DNA of 39,582 nucleotides from assembly GCA_051942245.1 (NCBI GenBank), contig JAVECL010000177.1, positions 1 through 39,582 on the forward strand, read 5' to 3'. The notes under the pieces are model-generated. The model had not been told where the DNA came from and ran no database searches. It saw only the letters and a list, made by a program, of their open reading frames with translations. A program made the position numbers and the translations under genes. This stretch comes from Trypethelium eluteriae. Taxonomy: Eukaryota. This document shows, in pieces, positions 1 through 12,523 of this stretch (positions within the stretch are counted from its first letter, which is position 1; the number at the start of each line of letters is the position of its first letter).

Positions 1-1234
1 GGTGGTCCAGGGGAGGGGGGGGCGACTCGGCAGGGCAGGGCTTGAAATAAAGCACTGGGGGCCGCCAGTGAAGCACAATTGCTCAAGAAGGATCACGATG
101 GCCGTAACTGACTCGGGGCAGGAAGAACGAGTGATAAAAGCGGTGGGAGCAGTGCGGTGTGAGTGGATGACAACATCGCGGCGCGGCTTCTCTGGCCACG
201 CGTTTTAGCAGCAGTGCGAGCTGACAAGCCATGCTGGATTTTCTGACTCTGTTGTCATTGGCAGCTAGTGCTCCTCTGGCCATGGTGGACGAGATGGACA
301 AGGGAGAACCGGCGGGGATAGAGCGCGCCGAAGCGGGATCGCTGCTCGTGCTGGACGAGAGATGCTCTGCATGGTCTGTATGCATGGTGCGACGGCAACC
401 TTGGCCATGTCTGGCTCCCATGCTTGCCTTTCCACTCCCCTGCCCTACCCTACCTACAACAGTCAGGGCGTGCTTGCTCCAACCGATCGAGCAAAAGGCC
501 GCTAACCTCCAAGTACCCTACCTGTGACTGGCCATGGCGTTAGTAATAATCTGCAGCCTGGGCTGGCTTTCTCTTCCCACGCTTGCACTGCTGTCGTGCT
601 GCAGCCCATCTGCCATCACGGAGCTTAATAGCTGGCCAGCATGCCACTAGACTCTTCATGCATGCCCGGCCGCGGTCTTGACCGCACGGCGATGGCGACG
701 GCGAGCTCCAAGACCATCTTTTCCTCGGCTCAGGGCCGGCCACGATTCAGTAGGGTAGCGGCAATTGAGTTCGAAGCACGAGGGTGACGAGGGTCAGCAA
801 GCCATCAAATTCGGGGCACCAGCCGAGCGATGACGCTGCGGGACGTCGCCTGCTACGAGTCGCATCCCAGTCAAGGACGCCTGGGCCATCGAAGCACCGA
901 AGCTCACTCTGCGCGGTGACGAAGCCACTGAAGGGAAGCGCTGGGGTGAGGATCTGCACGGTGCGGGATGTGTCTGGGGAACGGAACTCCCTACCCAGCC
1001 CACTCAACGAAGAGAGCATGCCCCATCCAGGTTAGCAGTTGGTCAGGTAGGTTAGGTCGTTGCTTAACTGTGTGCCTGTGGTCCCGCGCCGGCCACCGGG
1101 GGGGAATCGTAGATGTACCTACCTATACGCAGTAGCGCTGCCGGCCCCCTTACCTTCCATCTTTCCACATCTCTTCTCGAGCCGTTTCCATTAGTGTCAG
1201 TACGTACCTGGGATACAGGCGGTAATTTGAAGTA

Positions 1235-1264
1235 CATACCACCATACCACCATACCGCCATACC
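1235..1264 (+). repeat. Short tandem repeat (CATACCAC) x ~3.5
   Basis: cataccaccataccaccataccgccatacc read directly. Confidence 0.8.
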
Positions 1265-3646
1265 TTAGGTACACACGGTACAGTACCCAGATAGACGAAA
1301 GATGTGACTACTGTACGTCTCAGGGCGCGCCTTCCCGCCGCTAGAGGCGCGATGCTGGAGCAACACCATGGGCTCGACGTTCGAGAAAGGACAGGGCCTT
1401 CGCATTCTGCCGCCCATTCAGGATCGCTGTCGTGCGCCTTGTCATTTGCTGTCGCTCTAGGGCGCCTCGAGTATCGGAGCCCTTTGGTGGTTCCGAAATG
1501 TGACTTGCACAACGTTTCCCGCCCACAGATGTTAATGCAACAGGGTTGGAAACGCTGGCCAAACGATCCTTGTACCACGATACCTACCAGCTTGTCAACA
1601 AGCCCAAGCCCATCTCTCTACGATCTACGTGTGATAAATCTCCCACTACTTTGAGATGTTGTATTGACGCCCTCAAATGGGGTGCTTTGGCGCTCATAAG
1701 ACGCCACTGCCCTGTAGCACGCTGTCAAGCTTAGGTGATTTGGATCATCCAGTCCGGTGCCTTCGATAGGCAGATCCAGGGACGGCAGTAGTCTCCATCA
1801 GCATACAGATTCCGCTTTTGAGCGCTTACAAGCGTTGGGCATCAGCACTTAAGAGGCGCATGCAGCAAAAGACGCGCATCTCTGAAGAAATCTATCAGAA
1901 TCAGATTGGTACAGGTGCAATGTGCTGCAGCTGGCCCTTTGACTTGCAGGAGTATGTATTTCTTAGCCGACTACGGCACGTAGGACGAAGGCCTCCCATT
2001 CGAACTGCACCATGATGGTGAGCAAGATGGTCGGTAACGTTTCCCAAAATACCGGACATCTTCACTCCGTCGCCCTGGCCTTGAGCACTGTGTTGTTTCA
2101 CGTTATGTGTATAGAGATAATCTAACAACTCCAATGGACCAGATTGGCACATTCGTACTCCATATGATCTGGCCAATCTTGGCACCTTAGTACCTTGGCA
2201 GGAGCAGGCTCTCCCAATGAAGCAACGAAGGTTGATGGCAGATCTACGCTGCCCGTCTACAGTGGATTGAAGTGCGGACAGGTGCCGACTTCGATCAAAC
2301 TTCGCCACCAATCTTTGGACTCCGGGCCGAGCAGTGACTACGGCTACGGTAGTGAATAATGCCCGGAGGTTGGCGAGGAATCGAGGATCGACTCCCATGC
2401 TGCGGCTGAGAAGAACAATGAACAATCATAGCATAGGAGTCGCGTATCCCAGGCAAGCATTCGAATCGTGACCGAGAACGTGGAGCGGGACGGAAATTGC
2501 AGCTTACCATATTCCCATCTTTGTTTGTCTATGCGCAGTGGCTAGCCTGATGATGTTTTACGTTAGCCCGGACCCGACAGTCTGGTTGCGGGAGTGACAT
2601 GCTAGTCATTCCAGTCATCCAGTCATCCCGCCCAGGGTCGTGCTGCTGGTGGCGGTCATCGAGAAGGGCGGCGATGAGCAGGACCAAGCCATCGCATGAT
2701 CGGGCGAAGACGAAGCCGCTTAGGGACGGCGTGGAGATGCAGTGGTGCAGAGTTGATAGAATAGGTGGAATGATGTCGTTACAGGACCAGGGCCTGCAGG
2801 CAGGTCCCATTGGCTGTGGATCGCATTTCGATAAACCCCGCATGGTGGACTCAGTCATGTGCTGTTCTTTTCCTGCGCGCTACTGCACTTGACAGCTGCA
2901 TGACTGCACCATCCATAGCCAGTATGGCATTCTTGTCAAAAAGCCGGACTCGTCCGGTCGTGGTCCGGTCGTCTCGACAGACATTCATCGTGGTGAGCAC
3001 TCTCTGAAGACTCTTGTGGGGCCTATCCGACAGGGATTCGGCTTGTCCGTGCTTGGGTGCTTGGTCTCGAATACGGGATTGCCTCACGTGGAAAGCCCTT
3101 CAGCCCTTGTTCTCGGGAAGCTCATCCGCACATGGTCCAGTCCAGACAACACGATCCCCTGCGAATAACCAGGTACTCAGACGAACGAAGGCGCGATCTT
3201 AATTTCAAATTGTGGCCTCATTCTTGCAGACTCGCGTATCTCTTTTGGACTGGGCGGGAATCAAAGGGTCGTTCTCCTGTACCTCCAGCGAATTGCAACG
3301 GCGAAGTCTCCCATTGGCCCTTCCATGCGGAGGCCTTGGACGTGCGTTTCACGTATAGATAGTTCACAAAAGCGGAGGCGCCCTGGCACCCTCAGCAGAC
3401 AATACTGACGTTCATTTGTTGCCGTATAGAATGTCAGAAGCTAGTGGAGGAAGATGATGCTCACCATTGCAACTGCCAACCTGGGAAAGCGCGTTCTAGA
3501 AAATTTCCCAATGTCGGGGGTCCCCTTGATGATTTTTTTCTGGAAAGAAGAGATTGCGCACAATCCGACTTCTTGGCTTATTGAAAAGCGTCAGCCTTAA
3601 ACCAGGAAAAGACTGACTCGACGGGGAACTCATTTCCGACACCAGG

Positions 3647-3680
3647 TTAGGGCAGCTGTTAGGGTGATTAGGGTGGTTAG
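3647..3680 (+). repeat. Cluster of three interstitial TTAGGG hexamers
   Basis: TTAGGG at 3647, 3659 and 3668, plus TTAG at 3677 (ggttagggcagctgttagggtgattagggtggttag). Confidence 0.7.
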
Positions 3681-4683
3681 AATGACTCCTACCTTAGTAG
3701 GGAGAGCGCTCGCACCGCTCGGGCAACGTTTAGCGGGGAAGATGCAAGCCACACTTGCATGGCAGCCACGAGGCGCCAACTCAACTTTAAAACGAGTCTA
3801 CCCTTTTTGGAAAGCTTCACTGTTGGCTCATTGCAAATAGAGAAGATACTCCGAGACAGATATCCGTAGAGAGCTCAGTCGCCGTTGCGTACCAGATTAG
3901 ACCGGATAAAAGTCTCTTCTCGGTCACCATCTGTATTGAGAATGACCTCACCACTAATGGCGCAATGAGCACCATGAGATTATGACAAGCTAACTCTGTT
4001 AGGTAAAATAGTAGGCATAGAAGGTTTGACTAACGTGGCCGTTGCAGCTGGAAATGAAGGCATACCACATCACGGTCAGCCCTCGCCACAGCCATCCAAA
4101 AGGTTATTGTGAGAATGTCCAGTAAGTGGCAGCGCGTCATGCAATCATCCTGCGTTTAATATGTAGACTTGAGACCGTAGTCTTTCCCTAAAGGCATCAT
4201 CGCACGGAAATCGATAATGATCGTCGTTTTTCTTGGTTTCAGTGGAAGTTTCAAAATTTCCTGAACCCAATAGACTGGGACACAATCTCCAGAGCAAATT
4301 CTCAATCCCAACAACCATGCCCCTGTCAATTACAGGGTCAGCGAAAGGATTGTTCGTTCATTTCGAAGATTTCTCGACATTTCTAGAAAAAGACCCCTGA
4401 TGACACGTAGATATCTATGTACTAAGGTAGAGTAACCTTCACACAATGATTGCCACCTTAGCCCTTCGATCTACTGAGGACTATTTTTTTCTCGAAGATT
4501 AGAGGTTGATAATGTTGACCCCTTTACTAATAGGGACCAAAGGTGACTGGTCAATAAAAGCGTTTGTAGCTCTATTGTGATCCGTCTACTCTCTCTCTCC
4601 TTACAAGGACCCAAGAACTGTGTTCGTACAGAGGATTACAGCTGCGTAGCATTAATTGAGCTTCTCAAAGGAGGCGCATACCA

Positions 4684-5865
4684 TTAAACATTGGAAACTT
4701 TTGCAAAGCTGAAGCGATATGGTTGCGCTCCCTTGACTCCAACAGAACACTTGAAAAGACTTCCTGCAAGCCTCGTGCTATCGGGATATTGCTCTGGTTC
4801 CTCTTCTGCAGCAGTCGTAATGTACAAGTCAGTGCCAACGAAACAAGGACAGGTCACACATCTTGTAGGGAGGTGGATTTCTGCGACCACCTTCCCGGTA
4901 GGGTCGATCCTGACGACTTTACCACCTCCAAAGATAGCCGCCCAGATGTAGCCCTCTTCATCCCTGCAGTGCCCATCAGGGGCGGAGCCCTCTTCGGCGA
5001 CTTTAAAAAAGACACGTCTGTTTGAGATATCGCCAGTCGACGAGTTGAAATCGAACACGTCAATCGAGCCGGTGACGCTGTCCGTGAAGAAAAATTTGGT
5101 ATTATCTTCAGAAAACGAGATGCCATTCGGAATAGTGACACCTTCCAAAATGCGATGTAATGTGAGGTCGGGGTCAAGGCGGAACAGAATACCTTCATTG
5201 GTAGGAGATTGGACAAGAGGATCGTTCATGGTACCTAACCAGAAACGACCGTTGATGTCTACTGCTCCATCATTCGCACGCATGCTGCGTGGCAAGTCAC
5301 TACTTCATCTCTTTCACTGCACCACCGTGGCACCTCTCCACGAGCAGGAATACTTACCGGTGTTCCTTGCTATGCGCGACTTCATCGTCCGTCCAATACT
5401 TTCTGAGATATCTGTATCGACCCGAATGTCGATTGTAGAGGCCAAACCCATGCTTGCCTCCAAATAGAAATTCGTTCTCATCGTGGCCTTCGATATCTGC
5501 AGTAGTCCTTTGACATAAATTAAGACCATGTTCAAATTTCCATTAGAGTCCCAAAGGAAGCATTGTTACCCTATCGATATGTCCAAATCTGCATGGACTT
5601 CATGCGAGGCAGGCCCTTTGACCACATTGACCGAATGCACCTGCTGCTGGACAATGTCGACGAAGCGGAGAGTCTGCCGAGACTCTTCCCAGAATGGAGC
5701 CTCGCCCAACTTGCAGTTGATTTTGAGGTAGGGCTAACCGGGCGTCGTCCAGAATCAGCGCCCTGTCGCCCCTTTCGACAATTTCTGAGATGACCCGCAA
5801 AGAAGCGGTCAGCACGGGATGAAGGTACTTACCTCGTCGACCAGAAAGACTTTGATGTCTGACAT
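4684..5865 (-). CDS. SMP-30/gluconolactonase/regucalcin-family beta-propeller lactonase (4 exons)
   Basis: Exon 1 5865-5833 (MSDIKVFLVDE|gtaagt); exon 2 5733-5570 (PYLKINCKLGEAPFW...); exon 3 ~5508-5359 (TTADIEG...KEHR|gtaagt); last exon ~5284-4684 with RANDGAVDINGRFWLGTM, IPNGISFS and PDGHCRDEEGYIWAA, the canonical SGL motifs including the metal-ligand E, N, D. Confidence 0.93.
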
Positions 5866-6902
5866 TGTTTTGGTTGCTTGTAGTCGGCAATCGTAAGCCA
5901 CCTTCTGCACATAGGCGGCGCACCAAGGCACCAAAGGCACCAAAGAATGCGAGGACAACTGCCGGTATCAGCCGCCTTTGGCGTGGGTGGGAGGTGGAGA
6001 TGGATCTGGAAGCATGAGGTCATTATGGCGGCACCGGCACGACGGGCCCAGTACCAGATTTGTGTCGACCGCTTTTTGGGAAGCGACCCACACCATCCCA
6101 CCCTCATTCTATCCTGAATCAGCCACCCGCTCCGCTCCGTCTTCGCCAGCCACGGACCTTTTCACCTTTTGACTGATTTTGATGCATGAGTGCGCAAGGA
6201 CATCAGCGTTGACCATCCCTCCCACCCCTACGGTGCCTACGGTCCCTCTTCAACGGCTTGCTCCAGCTGCTCCAATCTTCAAGCCGGGGTCTTTCCGTAC
6301 AGGGACAAGAGGGGGCCCCATCGGCAGTTGCATCCGACCATCCCATCCAACCAACACAGAGAACGAGAAGAGGATTGTAAGCTTCGCTACCGACAGAGTG
6401 GTTCGTGGCTCTCAGGATTTCATCAAACTCAACGCCATCGGTGCCATCAGCACTGAACCCCTGCAGCCGGAACCTTGACCTAGCGTGCCGGGTGAGGGTC
6501 GCGGCGCACATCATTCGCTTAGACGCACGGATACTAGCGGAAATCTACGTGTTGACGAGATGAAACAGGTGGGAGGCTCTGCAAGGTTCTGGCTTGAGAG
6601 CCAAGAATTGCGCAACTGCTGCCACGTCGCGCGGCTAAAATGGGCGAGATGTGCCGGAAAGGCAAAGACATGCGGACCAATAACAAGGTGGCGGAGGGAC
6701 GGCGGACGAAAAAGAGAGGACTGCGGTGGTCTTCTGCTTGATGCAAAGAATATCGAAAAGACCCATGTCTTGCATTAAGCGAGGCGTCGACTCGCTGTAG
6801 GTGAGAAACACATGCATAAACCGCCAAGTAGAAAGAGGAAGAATCTGATGGGAGGGGGGGAAGACAACATGAACCTGAAGGTGCATGCACACGCGCATAT
6901 GC

Positions 6903-6926
6903 ATGCAGATGCAGATGCAGATGCAC
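6903..6926 (+). repeat. Microsatellite (ATGCAG)x3 + ATGCAC
   Basis: atgcagatgcagatgcagatgcac; it explains the MQMQMQ/CICICI/ASASAS ORF-track artefacts. Confidence 0.8.
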
Positions 6927-7417
6927 ATGTACGGCCACCACACCGCCGGCGATCCTGCCACGATCCACTCAACACCAACGGCACCGTATACGAAGTTACC
7001 TCCACCCTCCTGCTCTCCCACTCAGCGGCCACTACGTATTCAGGCCTTTGACGCCTGCTCGCGCGAACAACTAGCACCATCTGCGATTCCCCCCTAGCGT
7101 AATTACGATTCACATCCTGGCATCCACCGCGCCGGGCCACCGACGCGCCGCTAGGTCTCTCAAGGGTGGTAAGTACGGAGTATCGCAGCCCACGCAGACC
7201 AAAAAAGACAAAAATCAGGCCATTTTTTTCTTATTGTTCGCACGCCTAAAGTTTTAGATCCCTCCCCTTTCCTTTCCCATTTTTGTCGCAATTGAAATTT
7301 CGTCAATTCCTTCCACCTTCGCCCCGTGCCCGCTTTTTTTTTCCATTCCCCACCATTCTCCTAAGTCGTGTCAGCATTCAGCGCCGTCTAAGGAAGAACA
7401 ATCATTCAAGATGAACA

Positions 7418-7474
7418 ATGGCGGTTTTTGAGGTCTCTTACCCACTGAGTAAAGGAGCTAAACCAGCTTGGTGA
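7418..7474 (+). other. Candidate micro-ORF MAVFEVSYPLSKGAKPAW*, overlapped by MNNGGF* (7411-7431)
   Basis: Two ATGs in good fungal context (ttcaagATG, aacaATGG) follow a pyrimidine-rich promoter/5'UTR-like tract. No long ORF downstream. Confidence 0.3.
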
Positions 7475-8523
7475 GAGCGTGTGCGGGACGGACCCGCGGC
7501 TTCTCTAGCCCGGCAGGCGAGTCAGCGAGCCGTCGTTTCATTCCCAGCCGTTTCTGTCCCCAACGAAAGGCAAAAAAATAAAGAGATCGTGGCTTGTTTC
7601 TTTCAACTACTAGGGGTCCTGCGGAGGGATTCGTTTCCATTCCAAGACCCAACCCCCAAAGAAATTTCCAACGCCTTGGAATCAGTTGCTTCTGCCGAGA
7701 TTCGTGATGTCGCTCTTTAACTGAACCAAGTAGTCCCACGCTCGGATCGTGCCTGTCCTGACTCAATACAAACAACGCCCGGCGGGGCCGCGGAAAAAGG
7801 GACTCGAGAACATCTGTGCCCCAGACTCCCAAGATGCGATGACGGACTCCTTTGGGCAGGTAGAACCTAAGATGATGGGAGAACCAGGTGCTCGTCCCTT
7901 GCAAGCTGCGTCGGAAGACTCCCGGAGGACTTCGCCATACCGAAAAAGGGCATCGCGTTCACGTTCGTTATTTATTATGCGATGCGATGCGAGGCATCTG
8001 CAAGATGAAGGATTGTCCCAATGTCAGATGAACCATCTATACAGAGCAACGAAAAAGCGGTCACGTTTCATCATAATGTGCTCATCTAGACCTGACAGCT
8101 CGCAAAGCAGGTTTCCGGCGTGGGGGCGAGCTTGCGCCGAACTGCATTGGAGGGGGGAGCAAATAAGATGATTAGGCAGATAGGTGATGCTAAAGTGCTG
8201 ACAGGTACGTCAAACACGGGATGGCGATGTACTTTTTGGGAGCCTCAGAATCATTATCCCACGCTGCATCCCCCACCGGAACCTCTGCATGGCATTCTCA
8301 ACGGTTGGCCGGCAGACAGCCCGGACAGAGGTGTTGAAGTTTTGACCACATCTGCCTGAATACTGCCGGGCGAAGACGTAGGTATGATGACATGAACAAA
8401 GTAGATTCTACATCCCCGCAATATCAACGCCGAGTCAATGAGTACCGTATCCATAGCATGCTCCAGAATTTGACTATTACTGTCACCTTATACAGCGCTT
8501 TCCTTATTAAACGAGGCCCACCT

Positions 8524-11500
8524 TTATCTTCGCTCGATTAGTAAGACATGCATTGCCAGGTAGGCGAGAATAATGAAAACACCACAAAAGACCCCAAGCC
8601 CAATACAGTCGGACCATAAGGCCTTGACCTCGAACCCAAAAGAGGTCAAGATGGCAGCTCCTGGGACCTCAATATCCAGCCCATACTTCTTATCCACGAG
8701 CGATAGATACCTGACCTCGTTGACAATTAGACCTTCGAAGCCGTAGTGGAAGATAGAAAGCTATGAACACAATCAGCAGCTAAATCGTAGGCATAATCTC
8801 CTCTATTCAGGAGACAGTAATGGACCCGGGCATTTCAACTTACCACTTGCAGCCACAAGATCGGCGGCGGGATGCTCTCGTGGTTGAGTAAGAACCCCGA
8901 GAACAGCAGACTGAACAACATGACCAAGCTCCCAATCAGATTCGCCACGCCCGCATTCTTGATCAGCACGCCGAGGAACAGACAGATCGCCGCGGCCGCC
9001 AGATTAAACAGCACGAGGAACAAGATAAACTTCCAGAACTCGCCCCACGCCGGCACGAGCCCAGTCATCGGATACACGATGGCGCCCATGATAAGCGGCG
9101 GGATCAAGCGCAACGGCACCATGTCGAACAGCAGCTTCGCAGCGAAATACGCGACAGGCGAGTAGTAGCCCTTTGCGCGCTCGCGCACGAAGAGCAGGCG
9201 CTCGGGCGCGAAGACAGTGAGCGAAGTCAGGGTGCTGAAGCCGAAGAGGGCGAGCAGGAAGAAGAACAGCCCCAGCCGGTTCTGGAAGCCTTTGATGTCG
9301 TCGGTGAGGCCGTAGAAGAGGAAGCCTAGGAAGACGGCCAGGATGATCGCGATCGCGTAGTGTGTGAGCATCAGCATCGGGTTGCGGTAGAGGTTGCGCC
9401 AGGTCCGCGTCGACAGGATGAGGAATTGACGCGTGCGGCTGACTTTGTTCCGCTGGTAGCTTTTGGGTCTGCTGGCGAGTGAGGCGGGCCGCGAGTGGTG
9501 CGAGGCGGTGCCGTTGGGGGGAGGGCCGCCGTTGGCGGTGGAGGCGTTGTTGATGGCGGCGTGGATGTCGTCGTGGACGGAGCCGGCGACGTCGGATTGG
9601 GCGTAGCTGACTACGAGGATGTCGAGGTTCGTGCCGGTGCCACTGGCTGGGGGAGGGAGTTGGTGTGGATCGTCGAGAATTTGGGGTGGTGGTAAACCCG
9701 AGGTTTTCGACAGTTTGAGCCATTGCTGGGTACTTTCGAGGGTGTTGTCAAGAAGAGATGACTCGTCGCCGGATCGGGGGGTGTCTGGTGTGTCGCCTCG
9801 CTTTCGGGTGAATAAATGTCTTTCTTGCTGCTGCTTGATGGAGGCCCTTCTCTTAGTTCGGGGACGAACTGATTCTCCTGGGCTTCCAGCGCTATGCTCT
9901 AGGCTGACATTGGAAATGCTGGGAATCGATTTGACACCAATGGCACTGCTTGTTCTAGTCCCAAGGCCTCCCCTTTGAGCGAATAGAGAGCTATTTTCAT
10001 CAAGAGGCTCGTGCGCCTGTCCAGCATGCATCGTGAGGTCGACTAAATAATCTGCGATATTGAAACCAGGTGGACATGTGTAGCCCACGTGGTCGAAGTA
10101 AGGCTGACAGCTATTTAACGGTCCTGAATATACTGTCCTGCCTTTCGCCAAAAGGACGAGTTGATCGAAAAGTGCAACGATGTTGGACCTTGGCTGATGG
10201 ATGGTGAAGACCACGGTTCTATTGTAACTCTTGACGAGATTGACGAGACATTCTACGACGTTGAACGCATTGAATGAATCCAGCCCGCTGGTCGGCTCAT
10301 CGAGGAATAAAATGCTTGGACTAGTGACAAGTTCACAAGCAATCCCCACACGTCTCTTCTCTCCGCCGGAGATGCCTCGGCCAGATGTTTCCTCTGAACC
10401 AATAATTTGGTCCCGAATGTGATAAATACCGAGTTGTCTTTCTACATCTTCCACCTTCTGTTCCTTGGCAGAGTATTTCATCTCCCGTGGTAGTCTCAAC
10501 AACGCGCTATCCAGAATGGTTTCATGGACGGTCAATGTTGGAAGCATAGTGTCTTCTTGATCGACAAAGCCAATAACGGACTTGAACTCGTCATCCGGGA
10601 CCTTTTCACCGTTGACGTAGAAGTTACCCGTGATCGTGCCCTTCTTATTCTTACGTGCAAGTATATCCAAAAAGGTGGTTTTGCCGGCACCAGAAGCGCC
10701 CATGATCGCCATGAGTTCGCCAGGATGAACTGCTCCAGATATGTTTGACAGAATATCTCTTCCGTTCAACCGATAGGACACATCTTCGAAATACAACGCG
10801 GCGGGCTTGTGATCTGCCAAAAGTTTGGCGTTTTCTTCTTCCTCGTCATCTGACAGGTGTATTGGGCCATATCTTTTCTTAGCTGAACGATGGGTCAGGT
10901 ACCAGACGAGAAGAATGATGAAGACAATGAAAAGTGCGCATCCAGCAATGACACCAGCGATCAATGGAGTATTGATTTTCTTGACTGGACGTTCATAACC
11001 CGGGACATCAGTCATATAGACGCACTCTCCAGCTCTGCATTGAAGAGTGATGCTGTCGTCACCGAAGATGCTAGAGATCAGCTGATTCATCGCGGGCTCT
11101 TGAAACTTGCTCCCATCCTTGGGACTACCTCCTTCAGTAGAGACTGAAGAGAAAGTGGCCGGTCCGGCAATCTCTTCGTCCAAAAACTCGCCAATATCGA
11201 CTGAACCTTCTTCGCCACAGAGAAACCTCCCTGGTATGCAACGACATTTGATATTTGCGCATTCATACTCTGTTTCGTTCCTGTTCTCCTGGATCTTGGT
11301 AGACCAGCTGCAAGTATCAAGGGCGCAATAGAAGGATTCTAGCTCGTCCACCCAAAATTGGAAATTGCAATCTTCCTTCTCAGCATTGCAAGAGAACGTC
11401 GCTTGTGCCTTCCGCTCCTTCAGCAACTCTTTAATCTTCTTGTTCGTAATGTCACACATTTGGAAGTTCTCGTGGATAACCGATGGTTCTTGATAGCAAA

Positions 11501-11915
11501 CGCCTCCTTCTCCTTCTGGCATCAACGGAGCGCAAGCGTCGTTTGTCTTGCAGACGTTGCAATTTATGCCTTCCCATCCCTCCTTGCAGTCACAGCGTGG
11601 TCCTTCTCTTGGCGCTCTATCTTTACCATCGGCCAACGAGTCACACAGCGGCGCCGAGCAGTCTTCACCTCCAAAGCCGGGGGGACACGAGCATCTTCCA
11701 TTAGCTTTGCTGCAGTCTGCGAACTGCTGGCATTGAAAATCTTCCAGATTACAGTTGAAACAAGGCGGACAACCGTCAGGTCGATCATCGAAGATTGAGA
11801 AGGTTGGTGCGAGGGTATTTGCTGTGGAGTAATTGGACCGAAACTTTTGAGCTACTCCAGATCCCGCGAAGCTCATGACTATCATCCAAGAGGTCATCCA
11901 TATTGTTTCTCGCAT
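8524..11915 (-). CDS. ADP1: ADP1-type ABCG half-transporter with N-terminal signal peptide and Cys-rich EGF-like lumenal domain
   Basis: Signal peptide, EGF-like repeats ([24 protein letters not shown]), one TM helix, Walker [10 protein letters not shown], signature ISGGEKRR, Walker [15 protein letters not shown]2 membrane domain. Intron 8843-8761 (gtaagt...catag); final exon 8760-8524 reads [16 protein letters not shown]...LLIERR*. Confidence 0.95.
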
Positions 11916-12523
11916 CTTCTAACTCCCGATGTGAGGCTATGCCCGCTCACTCGTGGTTCGGGGAAGTGGAGCTTCCTCTAAAGTTCCAACAACCCGATCA
12001 TCCAGTGTTTTGAAGGAGCGACCGAAGTGGCGGAGCTTGGTAGGACGATAAGACCATTCGTGAAAACCTTTCGACTCGATCGGGTGACTTGTAGGCAGCA
12101 AGGTTCAGAAGAGATGTGTCATGAGGTGGTGGTGGTGGGTACGGCTGAGGTGTCGATAGGCAATGCTTGAGAAGGATCTCGTGCAGTTTCATCGGGGCGA
12201 GATTGGCCGACGCGGAGATCGTCAATGTCATGGATCTAGCGACCTCTCGATTGCACGTGGGCAAAAGCCATCAATTCTCCTCCAAAACCGTTCAAAAATC
12301 TAAAATGGCCTAGCACAGCTGCAAGGTAGGAGCCTCACAATCCTCCAAAACCGGTGGCACATCACCGCAGTCTATCAGCACTCGTTCAGGCATGGTTCCA
12401 CGCCCTTCAGAATTCTATGGAGGGGTAAAATTTCTTCACAAATATACCTAAATATACGGCAACGTAGCTTGGTCTTTCTGTAACGATTTTCTTTACTTAA
12501 ATTACAGTCTATCCCAAGATAAA

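Noticed and set aside
1901..2425. 174-aa minus-strand ORF
   Set aside because: No recognisable motif, codon bias or supporting splice structure; likely a chance ORF.
3647..3680. Telomerase RNA template or true telomere
   Set aside because: Hexamers are separated by irregular spacers; there is no contiguous ~1.5-repeat template (e.g. TAACCCTAA) and no tandem array.
5920..5945. (GCACCAA[A]G)x3 upstream of the lactonase as PacC sites
   Set aside because: Does not match GCCARG; treated as a slippage repeat.
6534..7140. ORFs with HLHLHL/CICICI/MQMQMQ repeats
   Set aside because: Translations of an (ATGCAG)n microsatellite in non-coding DNA.
7411..7474. Ornithine decarboxylase antizyme +1 frameshift (TTT-TGA)
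   Set aside because: ORF1 is only 6 codons and the +1 frame closes after 14 more codons; no antizyme domain follows.
9004..9723. 239-aa overlapping ORF within ADP1 (and similar shadow ORFs at 18300-18666 and 35269-36030)
   Set aside because: Low-complexity alternative-frame or antisense products of codon bias within real genes; no family motifs.
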